From positions 13,391,360 through 13,455,359 of the forward strand of contig NC_043019.1 in the NCBI RefSeq assembly GCF_006345805.1: 64,000 nucleotides of DNA. The letters run 5' to 3'. Shown here piece by piece: positions 12,181 to 26,409 of this stretch. This DNA is from Octopus sinensis. Lineage: Eukaryota. The translations under genes were made by a program, and so were the position numbers. The notes under the pieces are model-generated. The model was not told where the DNA came from. It worked only from the letters and a program-made list of their open reading frames with translations, and did no database searches. The first letter of the stretch is position 1, and each line of letters opens with the position of its first letter.

Positions 12181-13430
12181 TGTGTGTGTGTGTGTGTGGT
12201 TGTATGTGTGTATTTTGGACTCTGTGTGCATGCATGTGTGTGTGTGTGTGTGTGTGGTTGTATGTGTGTATTTTGGACTCTGTGTGCATGCATGTGTGTG
12301 TGTGTGGTGTGTGGTTGTATGTGTGTATTTTGGACTCTGTGTGCATGCATGTGTGTGTGTGTGTGTGTGTGGTTGTGTGTGTGTATTTTGGACTCTGTGT
12401 GCATGCATGTGTGTGTGTGTGTGTGTGTGGTTGTATGTGTGTATTTTGGACTCTGTGTGCATGCATGGTGTGTGTGGGTGGGTGTGTGGTTGTAGTGTGT
12501 ATTTTGGACTCTGTGTGCATGATGTGTGTGTTGTGTGTGTGTGTGGTTGTATGTGTGTATTTTGGACTCTGTGCATGAATGTGGTGTGTGTGTGTGTGGT
12601 TGTATGTGTGTATTTTGGACTCCGGTGCATGCATGTGTGTGGTGTGTGTTGTGTGTGTGGTTGTATGTGTGTATCTCGGACTCTGTGTGCATGCATTTGT
12701 GGTGTGTGTGTGTGTGTGTGGTTGTATGTGATTTTGGACTCTGGGTGCATGCATGTGTGTGGTGTGTGTGTGTGGTTGTATGTGTGTATTTTGAAACTCT
12801 TGCTTGGTGGTGTGTGTGTATTTTGAACTCTGTGCTTGTTGTGTTGTGTGTATTTTGAACTCTGTGCTTGTGTGTGGTGTGTGTGTATTTTGAACTCTGT
12901 GCTTGTGTGGTGTGTGTGTATTTTGAACTCTGTGCTTGTTTGTGTGTTGTGTGATTTTGACTCTGGTGTGTGTGTTGTTTGTGTGTGTGTGTATTTTGAA
13001 CTCTGTGCTTGTGTGTGTGTGTGTGTATTTTGAACTCTGTGCTTGTGTGTGTGTGTGTGTATTTTGAACTCTGTGCTTGTGTGTGTGGTGTGTGTATTTT
13101 GAACTCTGTGTTTGTGTGTGTGTGTGTATTTTTGAACTGTGCTTGTGTGGTGTGTGTTGTATTTGAACTCTGTGCTTGTGTGTGTGTGTGTGTATTTTGA
13201 ACTCTGTGCTTGTGTGTGTGTGTGTGTATTTTGAACTCTGTGCTTGTGGTGTGTGGTGTTGTATTTTGAACTCTGTGATTGTGTGTGTGGGTGTATTTTG
13301 AAACTGTGTTTGTGTGTGTGTGTTGTATTTTGAACTCTGTGCTTGTGTGTGTGTGTGTGTATTTTGAACTCTGTGCTTGTGTGTGGTGTGTGTATTTTGA
13401 ACTCTGTGTTTGTGTGTGTGTTTTGAACTT
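12181..13430. repeat. Two-phase GT-rich minisatellite
   Basis: Ten ~57-60 bp units (GGTTGTATGTGTGTATTTTGGACTCTGTGTGCATGCAT+(GT)n), then ~20 units of ~33-40 bp (GTATTTTGAACTCTGTGCTT+(GT)n). Confidence 0.95.
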
Positions 13431-14885
13431 CGTATATGTATATGTATTTATATTTTTGTCTGTGTATGTGATTTCAAATTCTATGTGTATATGTTTGTAT
13501 TTGTGTGTGTATGTGTGTTTTGATCTATGTGTTTGTGTGTGTATTTATATTTTTGTCTGTTTGTGTGATTTCAAACTCTGTGTGTGTGTATACGATGCTG
13601 AACAAGTAAAGCAATATTTCACAGTTCGCCCTTTGCAAAGCTCTTAACACCATCCAACAACCTGTGGCGCTGTTCACTTAACAACAATGTTTATTATATT
13701 CTTCACATCTTCCACTGATTCTTTCAACCTTTAAAGGTCCAACGAGGGATCCAGCTAAACCATAGTTGCTTAAACTGCTAGAAATAACAACCAAATTCCC
13801 CTCATTATGCTAAAATAAAGTACATTTTGAATAAGTGTGATCTACCTGAATACGGATGTGTTTGAAAAAAGAAACAAAAATAGATGGGATGGTCATGGCT
13901 GGAAGCTTTTTGATTATAGATCTATTTTCTTATATCTTTTATCCTTTACTTGTCTCAGTCGTTGGACTGCGACCATGCTGGAGCATCATCTCAACAGGTT
14001 TTTAGTTGAACAGTTTCCTGGTAATTTCAATTGTTTTACCCCAACAACCAATCAGTTCTGATTCATAGCCACACATACACACATATATATATACATATAC
14101 ACAAACACACAACCACACACATATATATATGTATATATATTTACACAAATACATAATATATTATATATATATATATATATATATGTATACATACACATAT
14201 ATATATAAGTATATATGTAATAGATATATTTATATGCATGTATATATGTATGAATGTCTACATACATATATAAATATACATATGTATGTATGTATATATA
14301 TATATATGTGTATATATATATATAGTTATTTATGTATGTATATATATATATATGTATATATATATTTATGTATGTATATATATATGTATATATATATATA
14401 TATATATAGATATATATATTATAGGCATATACATAATATACATAATTATAGGCATATACATACATGCATATATATATATATATATATAATTATAGGCATA
14501 TATATATATATATACATATGTTTGTAGTTAGCAGCTGAAAAAAACTCTTTAGAATCCGTAGCAGCAGCCATAGATCAATAGAACACCAAGTGCTGAGCTG
14601 GTTTCCTAGGAAAACCCACCAGTCCACCAGTCGTCCCACCACAACCTCCAAGACATTATTAACCATTCCATGTTCTTTGTTTGCTTTTGTCTCTCGCATA
14701 TTGATTTGGTTTCTGTTACGCAGGCACAAGTCTCTGGGAATTTCAGAGTTGCGTAGAATTGAGATCGTGTGATGTTTCTGTTTATTTTATACATACATTC
14801 ATATATATGTGTGTGTGTGTATGTTGATGAGCACGAAAGGTGTGTATATACATTTGAATATGCGATCTAAGGTGTTATTTCAAAA

Positions 14886-14985
14886 NNNNNNNNNNNNNNN
14901 NNNNNNNNNNNNNNNNNNNNNNNNNNNNNNNNNNNNNNNNNNNNNNNNNNNNNNNNNNNNNNNNNNNNNNNNNNNNNNNNNNNNN
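14886..14985. other. Assembly gap (100 N)
   Basis: Run of N; true distance across the gap is unknown. Confidence 1.
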
Positions 14986-15202
14986 ATATACATATATATA
15001 TAGCTGGATGGATAGATAGACATACATACACACATGTATGTATATATGTTCTGTGTGTGTGTGTTATATATATAATATATGTATTATGTATGTATTATAT
15101 ATATATATATAGGTGGATGGATAGATAGACATACATACATGTAGGTATACATGTTTGCATGTATATGTATGTGTGTATGTGTGTGTATATTTATTTATAC
15201 AT

Positions 15203-15512
15203 ATCACCGTCACCATGACCGACCAGGCTATCAGATGTTGCTACACATCACTGGTCACAATGCGCTTCGCATTGTTTTACCCTTTAAATGATGCCACCCC
15301 GCTGGCTAAGTGAGCAGGCCAACAGAAGAAAGAGTGAGAGAAAGTTGTGGCGAAAGAGTACACCAGGGTTCGCCACCACCCCCTGCCGAAGCCTCGTGGA
15401 GATTTAGGTGTTTTCGCTCTATAAACACTCACAACACCCGGTCTGAGAATCGAAATCGCGATCTTACGACCACGAGTCCACTGCCCTAACCACTGGGCCA
15501 TTGCGCCTCCAC
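15203..15512 (-). mobile_element. tRNA-derived SINE family 3 (head GTGGAGGCGCAATGGCCCAGTGG), tail type 2
   Basis: A-box TGGCCCAGTGG and B-box GGTTTCGATTC on the minus strand; tail matches 22187-22495. Confidence 0.8.
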
Positions 15513-16467
15513 ATATATACATATATATATAGCTGGATGGATAGATAGACATACATACAGGTTTATCCATGTATATGTATATATGTATGTATGTATGTAT
15601 GTGTATATATATATATATAATATGGAACATAGCTGGGGCTGCTATGTGAAGTTGGTGCAGGAAACAGCCATGTACTCATATTATTTGTCGGGTCTTCGCA
15701 GTCACAGCATACACACACACACACACACACACGACAGGCTTCTTTCAGTTTCCATCTGTCAAACCTATTTACATGGATTTGTGGTCAGCCCAAGGTTATA
15801 GTGGAAAAACACTTACCGACGGTGCCACAGTACCGAAAAGCATACAATGGACAAAGCATGATGACAACAAAACTAGACATCTTACTCAATAGAATTGCAC
15901 AAAACGAAGAAATAACATTTTTTTTAAAAAATTAGAAAAAAGCAGAAAAACAAACAAAGAATGAAGACTTTTTTTTATATTTTCTGTGTGTGTGTGTTTT
16001 TGGGGGGTTTTTTTCTATTTTCTGTTAAGGACAAACTAAGAACCAGGGAAAGTGGAATGTCTTATCGGAACCTGGTGCATACAGACCCTCTGGTCACTCA
16101 CTGCAAGAGTCTATAGTCGCTGTATTAATCTTTGTTAAAGTATACTAGCGAATGCAACGCAGACTATTGTTGCAACACCTGTATTGTTTATTCGAGTTTA
16201 ACACCCACCTTTTTTGTTTTTTGGGGTTTTTTTGGTTTCTTTCTTTTGGTTTTTATTTTTGTACTTTATGTATTCAAGTCAAGTTGAGATGCTTAACTGG
16301 CGTTGCAGTGTGTTTGCAATAAGAGAAGCAACAACAACAACAACAACAATAATAATAATGACTAAGAAGAAGGCAACTGCAGCATCGATAACAACCACAC
16401 CAACATCCATAGCATTAGGTATTGTTGTCGTGTACTGTTTGCAGATAATTAGCTTTCTTTACTAAAG

Positions 16468-16499
<32 letters not shown>

Positions 16500-18409
16500 A
16501 TATATACACACACACACATATATATACTTACATATATATGCACATTTTCATACATATATGTACATGAATACACATGCAGACACATGCACATATATATATA
16601 TATATATATGCACACACATTTATACATATGTATGTATACATATGTTTATATATACATATATATACACACATATATATGCATGCATATATATCTATACACA
16701 TGTGTATGTATGTTTATGTGTGTTTATGTAATATATATATATCCACACACACACATCTTTATATTTATATATATGCACATTTTCATACATGTATGTATAT
16801 ATATACACATGCACACACTCATACACACATATATATACATATATATGCACACACATTTATATATATATATATATATGTACACATACCTGTATACATATGT
16901 TTATATATGCATATATACACACATATATGCATGCATATATATATATATATCTATACACGTTTGTGTATATATGTATGTGTGTATATATCTATCTATATGT
17001 ATGTGTGTGTATATATATATACACACACACACACCAGACCATGCTTGCCAAAAGGTGTAAACAGTCGGACATATTTAAGGAAAAACATGTTTAACGAGAG
17101 ACAAAGGAGATTATACCATTTTTGGTAACGTGAAGAATTTACCAATTCTCTGACGTTTGTTTTACTTTGCAAAGAAAAAGAATTGGATTCGTGAAGTTTG
17201 TTATTCAATGAATAACTCGGAATTTCTTCTCATTCTTGTATGTGCAGAGTAAATAAGGACTGACTTGGCATTAAGTTTTTGGTGTGTGTGTGGGGTGGGG
17301 GGTATTTTTATTTACCAAAATGTTGATGGGTGTTGTATTTGTGGTTTTTATTTTTAATTTTTTCATTTGTTTCGGTCATTGAACTGCGACCATGCTGGTG
17401 CACTGCCTCGAAGGGTTCATGATCGAACAAATTGCCACACCAAAGAATTTTTTCTTTTTGTTTAAAGCTGGTATTTATTTTATCAGCCTGTTTTTGCCAA
17501 GCTGCTAGGTTATAAGGATGTAAATAAACCAACATTGGTTGTCAAGCATTCATAGGAGACAACACATTATCATTATCATCATCGTCATTTAACGTCTGCT
17601 TTCCATGCTGGCATGGGTTGGACGGTTTGACTGAGGGCTGGCAAGCTAGAAGGCTGCACCAGGGTACAATCCGACATGCGTATATATTCTTTCTTTTTTT
17701 ACTTGTTTCAGTCATTTGACTTTTACCATACTGGAGCATTGCCTTAACAGGTTTTTAGTTGAACAAATTAACCCCTGGAGTTATTCTTTGTAAACCTAGA
17801 ACTTATTCTATTGGTTTCTTTTGCCAAACCACTAAGTTACAGAAATGTGAATACATCAACATCAGTTGTCAAGTGGTGATGTTGGGGGCGGGGGAACAGA
17901 CATATAGATACAACCACTCATAAATATATACATACGTATTTTTATATATATTTATATTTTCTTATAAGATATTTAATTATTTTATTGTTTTTATCTTGGA
18001 CCTGATGAGTGACTATATTTAAAGTGAATTGATTTTATTGTTATCAATTTGAAAATATAGCCACCAAACACATGTAGTCTATATTATTAATTATATACTA
18101 TTTATTTATTATTTCGTACTTTATTTAGTTCTAGGTAAATGTTTTATCGTATCTTTAATTTTTTTCTATATGGAATGATTTAAGTATTGCTATATTGCAA
18201 GATGTTTGTGCAAGGTGCTACTAGATGGGACTGAACTGAAAGCCATGTGGTTGCAGAGTAAGCTTCTTAACCACACAACCATGCCTTAAAGATATATGTA
18301 TGTGTACATAAACATATATATATATATATATATATAATAATAATAATATTAGGGAATAAATCCAAACTTACAGGGAAAATTAGATTTAGGATTAAATCCA
18401 ATTTCATAG

Positions 18410-18834
18410 TATCATCATCATCATCATCATCATTTAACGTCCGCTCCATGCTAGCATGGGTTGGACGGTTCAACTGGGGTCTGGGAGCCCGAAAGCTGCA
18501 CCAGTCCAGTCAGATCTGCAGTGTTTCTACAGCTGGATGCCCTTCCTAACGCCAACCACTCTGAGTGTTAGTGGGTGATTTTATGTGCACCCGACACAGG
18601 TGCCAGACGAGGCTGACAAACGGCCACGCTCGGATGGTGTTTTTTTTTATATGCCACCGACAACAGGTGCCAGACGAGGCTGGCAGACGGCCACGCTCGG
18701 ATGGTGTTTTTATGTGCCACCGACACAGGTGCCAGACGAGGCTGTGGCAGACGGCCACGCTCGGATGGTGTTTATTGTGCCCAAGACACAGGTGCCAGAC
18801 GAGGCTGGCAGACGGCCACGCTCGGATGGTGTTT
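18410..18834 (-). mobile_element. RTE-related retroposon with four ~62-bp 5' tandem units
   Basis: (CAT)n tail, core GGATGCCCTTCCTAACGCCAACCACTC, then 4x GACACAGGTGCCAGACGAGGCTGGCAGACGGCCACGCTCGGATGGTG. Confidence 0.75.
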
Positions 18835-19000
18835 TGTATTATATTATTTATATTATATTATATTAAATTAGAGATAAAACCACTATTAGGCAAATCAAAC
18901 AGTGAAAAACATAAGCAATACATAAATTAATTTTAAAATATAAAAGTTAAAAATAAAAAAATTATTTAAATAATTTAAACTTATAAATTTTATATAATAT

Positions 19001-19042
<42 letters not shown>

Positions 19043-19047
19043 TTATA

Positions 19048-19110
<63 letters not shown>

Positions 19111-20949
19111 ATTTTTATATTTATATATTATTTTATTTATTAATTATTTATTTATTTTTTATATATCAAAAGTATTAAAAGTTTAATAAAAGATATATAT
19201 ATATATACTAGGGGGTGCTGAGACATTTTTGGTTTTAAGTGTATCGCAAGAGGCCTGGTTGGGAGCCCAAACTTTTACAGCACTTAGAAAACCTGAAGGA
19301 CTGCTGCAATAAGTGTGTGAATCTGAAAAGGGTTTATGTTGAATAGAATCATAATTTACTGTTCCTCTTGTATTTTCTTTTACCCAAAGCCAGGAACTTT
19401 TCAACACCCTCACATACACACACATACATGTGCATACACTTCCATATATTTCTCTTTGTATATATGTATGAATGTGTGTGTATATGTGTGTGTATATATA
19501 CTTATATATATATATATATATATGATTGTGTTGAATGCGGAATCTGAAGAATTTGGTGATTATCTGCATTGGAATCAATCAGTTTAATCAGTAGGAGAGT
19601 GCTGTTGAGTTGAATTACCATGAAGTGTGAAGAATTTTAATATTCTGGGATTTTGTTCCTCTTTTAATTAAGATGAGAAATTCACTGCATTTGCTGGCAT
19701 AAAAGACGCACAGACGTGTTAGGCATTACCCCCTCATTGCAGCAGAGCACGTACTCAGAAGTAAAACACATTTAAAGTATGCAATGTCTGTGTGTGTATA
19801 TATATATATATATCGATATATAATAATCAAAATAAGCAACAAGGGTATCCAAGATAGAGTAGTACAATTGCTTCATGCTACTTCATTTTATTAAACACTG
19901 TAAGTATTACATCAGTTTTAAAATGTCGAACTATCTTCAGCCACATATAGAATTTTTCAATTAAACAGACAATGCACATTCTTATACTTATTTCATTTAC
20001 CAACATTAGATATATATATTGACACACGAGTGGCTGTGTGGTAAGAAGTTTGCTTACCAGCCACATGATTACAGGTTCAATCCCACTGCATGGCACCTTG
20101 GGTAAGTGTTTGCTACTATATCCTTGGGCCGACCGAAACCTTGTAAGTGGATTAGGCAGATGGAAACTGACAGAGACCAATAGAATAAGTACTAGGCTTG
20201 CAACAAATAAGTAATGGGGTCGATTTGTTCGACTAAAGGCGGTGCTCCAGCATGGCCACAGTCAAATGACTGAAACAAGTAAAAGAGTATATATATATGT
20301 GTGTGTGTGTGTGGTGTTCTTTCATACATTGGCCTAATAGTCAATTACTAATTATATCTGTCTGTGTATGTGTTTAAGTGCATCCTCATGTCCAATTTGT
20401 GTGTTTTTCGTCTTGTATGTACGCACACACAAACACGCACTACACATACAACTACACTTACACAAACACACACACAGCTACACTTAAACCAGACACACAC
20501 ACACCTACACTTAAACATACTCATACACACACAGCTACATTTACATACAAAGCCTTGTGAGTGCACCATTTATACACACACACACATACACACGTTTATC
20601 TCTGTAGCTGTGTTGATTGACATCAACGCCATCTACTGTTATATTTCAAATCTAAGAACACTGAAAATTTTTTTTCTTTCAAGATATTCGGAGATCTTAA
20701 TTTTACATTAGAACAAAAAAAAAACAAAAAAAAAACAGATAAATAAAAGATATAAAGACAAAAAAAATCCTAATTAAAAAAATATTTATCGTCTCAAATT
20801 TTCTCGTATCTCATTATTTTCGCTTCCAACTTTTCTCATTACTTTCAGAGAAGAAGTTTTCTTCTTGTTTCATAACTCTTTCTTTCGCTTCTTCTCTCCT
20901 CTCTCGCTCTCTCTTTTTAATATATTTCATGTGTGTGTGTGTGTGTGTC

Positions 20950-22030
20950 TGTATCATCACCAACATTTAACGTCTGTTTTTCCATGCTGGCATGGGTTGG
21001 ACAGCTTCACAGGAACTGGCAAGGCAGGGGCCACACCACCACACTTGGGGCCACAGTCTGTTTTGACATGGGTTTTTTTAGAGCTAGGTGCTCTTCCTAA
21101 TGCCAACCACTTTACAGAGTGGACTGGGTGTGTTCCGTGTTGCACGAGCAAGGTCTCTTTTGCCATGGTTTTCACAGCTGGACACCCTTTGTATTGGAAG
21201 CACTCCGTCGGTTACGACAATGAGGGTTCCGGTTGATCCGATCACGGAACAGCCTGCTCGTGAAATTAACGTGTAAGTGGCTGAGCACTCTCCACAACAC
21301 GTGTAACCTTAACGTAGTCTCTCGGGGATATTCAGCGTGACACAGAGAGTGACAAGGCCGGCCCTTTGGAAATACAGGTACAACAGAAACAGGAAGTAAG
21401 AGTGAGAGAAAGTTGTGGTGAAAGAGTACAGCAGGGATCACCACCATCCCCTGCCGGAGCCTCGTGGAGCTTTTTAGGTGTTTTCGCTCAATAAACACCA
21501 CACAACGCCCGTCTTGGGAATCGAAACCGCGATCCTATGACCGCGAGTCTGCTGCCCTAACCACTGGGCCATTGCGCCTCCACACCCTTTGTAATACCAT
21601 CCACATCAACAGAGTGGGCTGGCTGCTTTTCTTGTGGCGCCAGCACCAGCAAGGTCTCTTTCCATGGTTTTCACGGCTGGATGCCCTTTGTAATACCATC
21701 CACGTTAACAAAGTGGTCTGGGTGCTTTTTATGTATCGCCATCATCAGCAAGGTCTCTTTTGCCATGGTTTTCATGGCTGGATGCCCTTAATAATGCCAA
21801 CCACTTTACTGAGTGGTCTGGGTGCTTTTTATGTGGCACCAGCACCCTAGTAAGATCTTGTTTTGGCATGGTTTTTACGACTGGATGCCCTTCCTAATAC
21901 CAACCCCCCAGCAGAGTAGACTGGGTGCTTTTTATGTGACACAAGCACAGGCGAGGTCAGTTTTGGTATGGCTTTAATGCTGGATGCCCTTCCAAACACC
22001 AACCACTTTATGGAGTGCACTAAGTGCTTT
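20950..22030 (-). repeat. RTE-related retroposon whose core is expanded into ~6 diverged ~100-bp tandem units, interrupted by a SINE
   Basis: Recurring GCTGGATGCCCT...CCAACCACT...GAGTGG.CTGGGTGCTTTT units. Confidence 0.7.
21194..21583 (-). mobile_element. SINE family 3, full length, tail type 1, with 10-12 bp TSD
   Basis: ACACCCTTTGTA at 21182-21193 and 21582-21593; near-identical to 62175-62563. Confidence 0.9.
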
Positions 22031-22145
22031 TTAGGTGGCACCACATATCTTCATCATCATAATCATCATCATCATGTTTTTGACATCCACTTTTCCATGC
22101 TTGCATGGGTTGGATGGAATCTGTTAAGGCAGATTTCATTCTGGT

Positions 22146-22182
<37 letters not shown>

Positions 22183-22186
22183 ATGT

Positions 22187-22495
22187 GTGGAGGCGCAATG
22201 GCCCAGTGGTTAGGGCAGCGGACTCGCGGTCGTAGGATCGCGGTTTCGATTTCCAGACCAAGCGTTGTCTGTGTTTATTGAGTGAAAACACCTAAAAGCT
22301 CCACAAGTCTCCGGCAGGGGGTGGTGATCCCTGTTGTACTCTTTCACCACTCTTTCTCTCACTCTTTCTTCTGTTGGCCTGCTCGCTTAGCCAGCGGGGT
22401 GGCGTCATTCGAAGGCTAAAACAATGCGAACGCATTGTGACCAGCGATGTGTAACAATGTCTGATGATCTGGTCAGTCATGTGATCACGTGATAT
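22187..22495 (+). mobile_element. SINE family 3, tail type 2
   Basis: Same head and body; 3' module GGTGGCGTCATTCGAAGGCTAAAACAATGCGAACGCATTGTGACC. Confidence 0.8.
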
Positions 22496-22958
22496 ATATA
22501 TATATGAATTACCATGGGATTGCACCAAGAAAGTTACCCTCTGAGGCACAGGTTCAGGCAAGATTGTTTATGGAAGACCAGCTGTCCCCCATTCATACCA
22601 GATATATATATATGTAGATAAATGATAGCCAATATCTGTGAACAAGCTTTGCATAGCATTCTACAAAGTTTAACTACTTGATTTTATATATATATATATC
22701 ATCATCGTCATCATTTGTGACAGGCTTCTCTTAGATTGGGTCTAACCAAACCCATTCACAAGGTTTTGGTTGGCCTGTAAGGGACTTGCTCAAAGGGCCA
22801 CAGTGTCTTCTGGCTTTGCCAGCTCCTGTCTAACTGTTCCAACCCATGGAAGACGGACATTAAATGACGACAACGATGACGATAATCATATTGATGATGA
22901 TGGTGATGATTCAGCTGTATTACTGAGTCTCTTTCAGTCTACCAATGAGCATACATAC

Positions 22959-23001
<43 letters not shown>

Positions 23002-24520
23002 CTTATATACATACATATATATATACACACATATATATATATCTATATATATAATATATACATATATATACATACATACATTTTTGTATGTCTGTATTCT
23101 CTCCTTGTCTTTGTTTATGTTGATGGTCTGCAACAACATTCGCCAAATCTGTTCCATATTTTACCATTTGGTGGCAGTGAATCTTTAAATAATTAACGTC
23201 TGACGAATTATTTTAAACGCACCCAGCTGCCGCGTCTCCTTCTCCTCTCGTATTTTTGTTCACCTACATTCATACCTTCCTGTTTGCCCCTCCACAAACC
23301 ACACCTCTTCATTATTATCATCATTATTATTATTCTTATTATTATTATTATTATTATTGTTATTATCATCTTCATTATTATTATTATTATTATTATCATC
23401 ACTATTATTATTATTATTATTAGTTAATCTTACAAAACATGTGTAAACATGGGTGCAGACATAGCCTTGTGGTTAAGAAGTTTGCTTTGCGATGCTGCAG
23501 TGCTTTTGAGTTCAGTCCCAGCATGTGGCACCTTGGGCAAGTGTCTTCTACCGGAGGCAGGAGTGGAAATTTGAAATTTGATAGACGGTTGGTGGAAACT
23601 GAATAGAAGCCTGCCGGATGTAGTTTATATAAGTACATATTTGTGTGTGCATATGTGTATATATTTCTTTTCTTCAATTCTTCTTCTTCTCCAATTATTA
23701 TTTGCCTTTCATCCTTTCGGGGTCGATAAATTAAGTACCAGCCACGCACTGGGGTCGATGTAAATGACTTAATCCCTTTGTCTGTCCTTGTTTGTCCCCC
23801 TCTGTGTTTAGCCCCTTGTGGGGAGTAAAAAAAAATATTATTATTATTATTATTATTCATCGTTTAATGTCCACTTTCCATGCTAGGGTCAATTTCTTTG
23901 GCTAACAAACCCTTCAAGGTGGTGCTCCTGCATGGCCACAATCAAATGACTGCAACAAGTATATATAAAAAAATTAATTATTTGTTTCTAGTGGTCAAAT
24001 ATTTGTACTGTACATTAGGTCACTCCCACCATCAGATTGACCTTGTTTGTGCAGGTGTACGTCCTGTTTCATGTTGGGCCACACCACCCGGCCCAGGAAT
24101 TGAAACCACAGTCTTGCAATTGTGAGTACAACACTCTAACCACTTGACCATGCTCCCTCAAGTGTGTATATGTGTGTGTGTACGTGTGTGTGTCGGTGAT
24201 GCAGTCAGTGTTGGTTCCACATAGAAATCGCTGGCGATGGTGGCACGCGAAAATCACCAGGGATGGTGCCACTTGGAGAGGCACTCTGCACACTCTGTCA
24301 AGTGGTTGGTTTTAGAACACATTGCCAAAGTAGGAAACAGAAGCTGGCCTTACCAGCAGCCATCAAACCAGCCGACCCATGCCTGCATGGAAAACAGGCA
24401 TTAGATGATGATGATGATGATGATGATTGTCAGTGTGTGTGTGTGTGTACACATAGACCTATGATACCTTTTTTTACAACTGTGACAGGCACATGAACTC
24501 CATGGAATTTAGATTTGGAA

Positions 24521-24897
24521 TCTCTCTCTATATAAACGGCAGTTTGTCTGTGCGTGTTTCTGTGTGTCTGTCATTGACCCTCACCCTGACCACGGCTTTC
24601 AACCGATTCTGATGAAACTTGACACACACATAGCCAATGTCATAATTCAAAACTAACGCAGAGAAAATTTTGAAAAGTTCCCCAATTCTGAAAAAGATCG
24701 ATAAATTCGACATGGGGTCGAGAATCAGAAACACAAACCACAGATGGTCTAGGGGACGCAACTCGACCTTTTTAACTATCAAAAAATTTACCATAATTTT
24801 TTCCCCCATTTTTTTGCTATTTTTGGCTATAACTCTCTAAAAAGGCTTTATAGTTATTTCCCTTACAAACCCGAGCAACGCCGGGCGATACTGCTAG
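24521..24897 (+). mobile_element. Non-autonomous Helitron
   Basis: 5' TC, 3' CTAG, inserted between A (24520) and T (24898); GC-rich hairpin CCCGAGCAACGCCGGG about 9 nt before CTAG; no TSD. Confidence 0.8.
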
Positions 24898-24925
24898 TTC
24901 TGAATAAATGACAATCTCTGTTTAG

Positions 24926-24963
<38 letters not shown>

Positions 24964-25252
24964 ACACACACAGAGACTGACATATATGTATGTATATGTA
25001 TATCTATATATATATGTGTGTGTGTGTGTTTATATATATATGAATATTATGTATGTATATGTATGCATATATATGAATATGTATGTATATATATATATGT
25101 GTGTGTGTGTTTGTATATATATGTATATACACATAAATATGTATGTATGTCTATATATCTATATACATATAGATATGTATGTATATATCTATGTATATGT
25201 ATGTGTCTGTATATATACATATATTTGTTTGTGTGTGGTGTGGTGCATATAT

Positions 25253-25317
25253 ATATATAACAGAAAAGTCTAATTCTTCTATTGAATGTAACGGACAACG
25301 CCGGGTATCTCTGCTAG
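25253..25317 (+). mobile_element. Miniature Helitron / isolated Helitron 3' terminus
   Basis: CGGACAACGCCGGGTATCTCTGCTAG|T within (TA)n. Confidence 0.55.
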
Positions 25318-25330
25318 TATATATATATAT

Positions 25331-26359
25331 ATCACGTGACCGTAATATATATATATATATAAGCGTATATAAATATGTCTATGTATATATATTATATGGC
25401 TACATGTATGTATATATATGTAAGTCTATATATATGTCTATGCATATATATTATATGGCTACATGTATGTATATATATGTAAGTCTATATATATGTCTAT
25501 GCATATATATTATATGGCTACATGTATGTATATATATGTAAGTCTATATATATGTCTATGCATATATATTATATCCGTGTATGTATATGTATGCATATAT
25601 ACACACACACACACTAGCACACAGGTGTTGTCGTAGTTGTTTCTTTAGACCAATGTAGGATGTGAAGATATTTCCGTGTTATTTCTATGACAAGTTAAAC
25701 ATCAGATACACCAAACACCCTGAAAGTAAAAGAACAAAGAAAAACAGCAAAAGTTAATAATAAAATAGTGAAAAAGAAAAAAAAGAAAGGAAAACAATTA
25801 AAGAAAACCATCCAATGAAATAACGAAATAATAACATGCAAGATTTTTAAACCAACCAACCAAAATGTCCTATTTTCTTTCTTTTTTTTCACATATCTGT
25901 TTGTTTGGAAATCTTTTAGTAGGAGCTTCTATTCGCATACTCTCTCTTTTTACTCTTTTACTGTTTCAGTCATTCGACTGTGGCCATGCTGGAGCACCGC
26001 CTTTAGTCGAGCAAATCGACCCCTGGAACTTATTCTTTTGTAAGCCCAGTACTTATTCTATCGGTCTCTTTTGCCGAACCGCTAAGTGACGGGGACGTAA
26101 ACACAGCAGCATCGGTTGTCAAGCAATGCTAGGGGGACAAACACAGACACACAAACATATACACACACACTTATATATATATACATACATACGACAGGTC
26201 TCTTTCAGTTTCCGTCTACCAAATCCACTCACAAGGCATTGGTCGGCCTGGGGCTATAGCAGAAGACACTTGCCCAAGATGCCACGCAGTGGGACTGAAG
26301 CCGGAACCATGTGCTTGGTTAGCAAGCTACTTACCACACAGCCACCCCTGCGCCTATTA

Positions 26360-26409
<50 letters not shown>

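Noticed and set aside
18581-18834. CRISPR-like regularly repeated ~62-bp units (also 42048-42200, 45488-45709)
   Set aside because: Contiguous tandem units without unique spacers, embedded in a retroposon; eukaryotic context with no cas genes.
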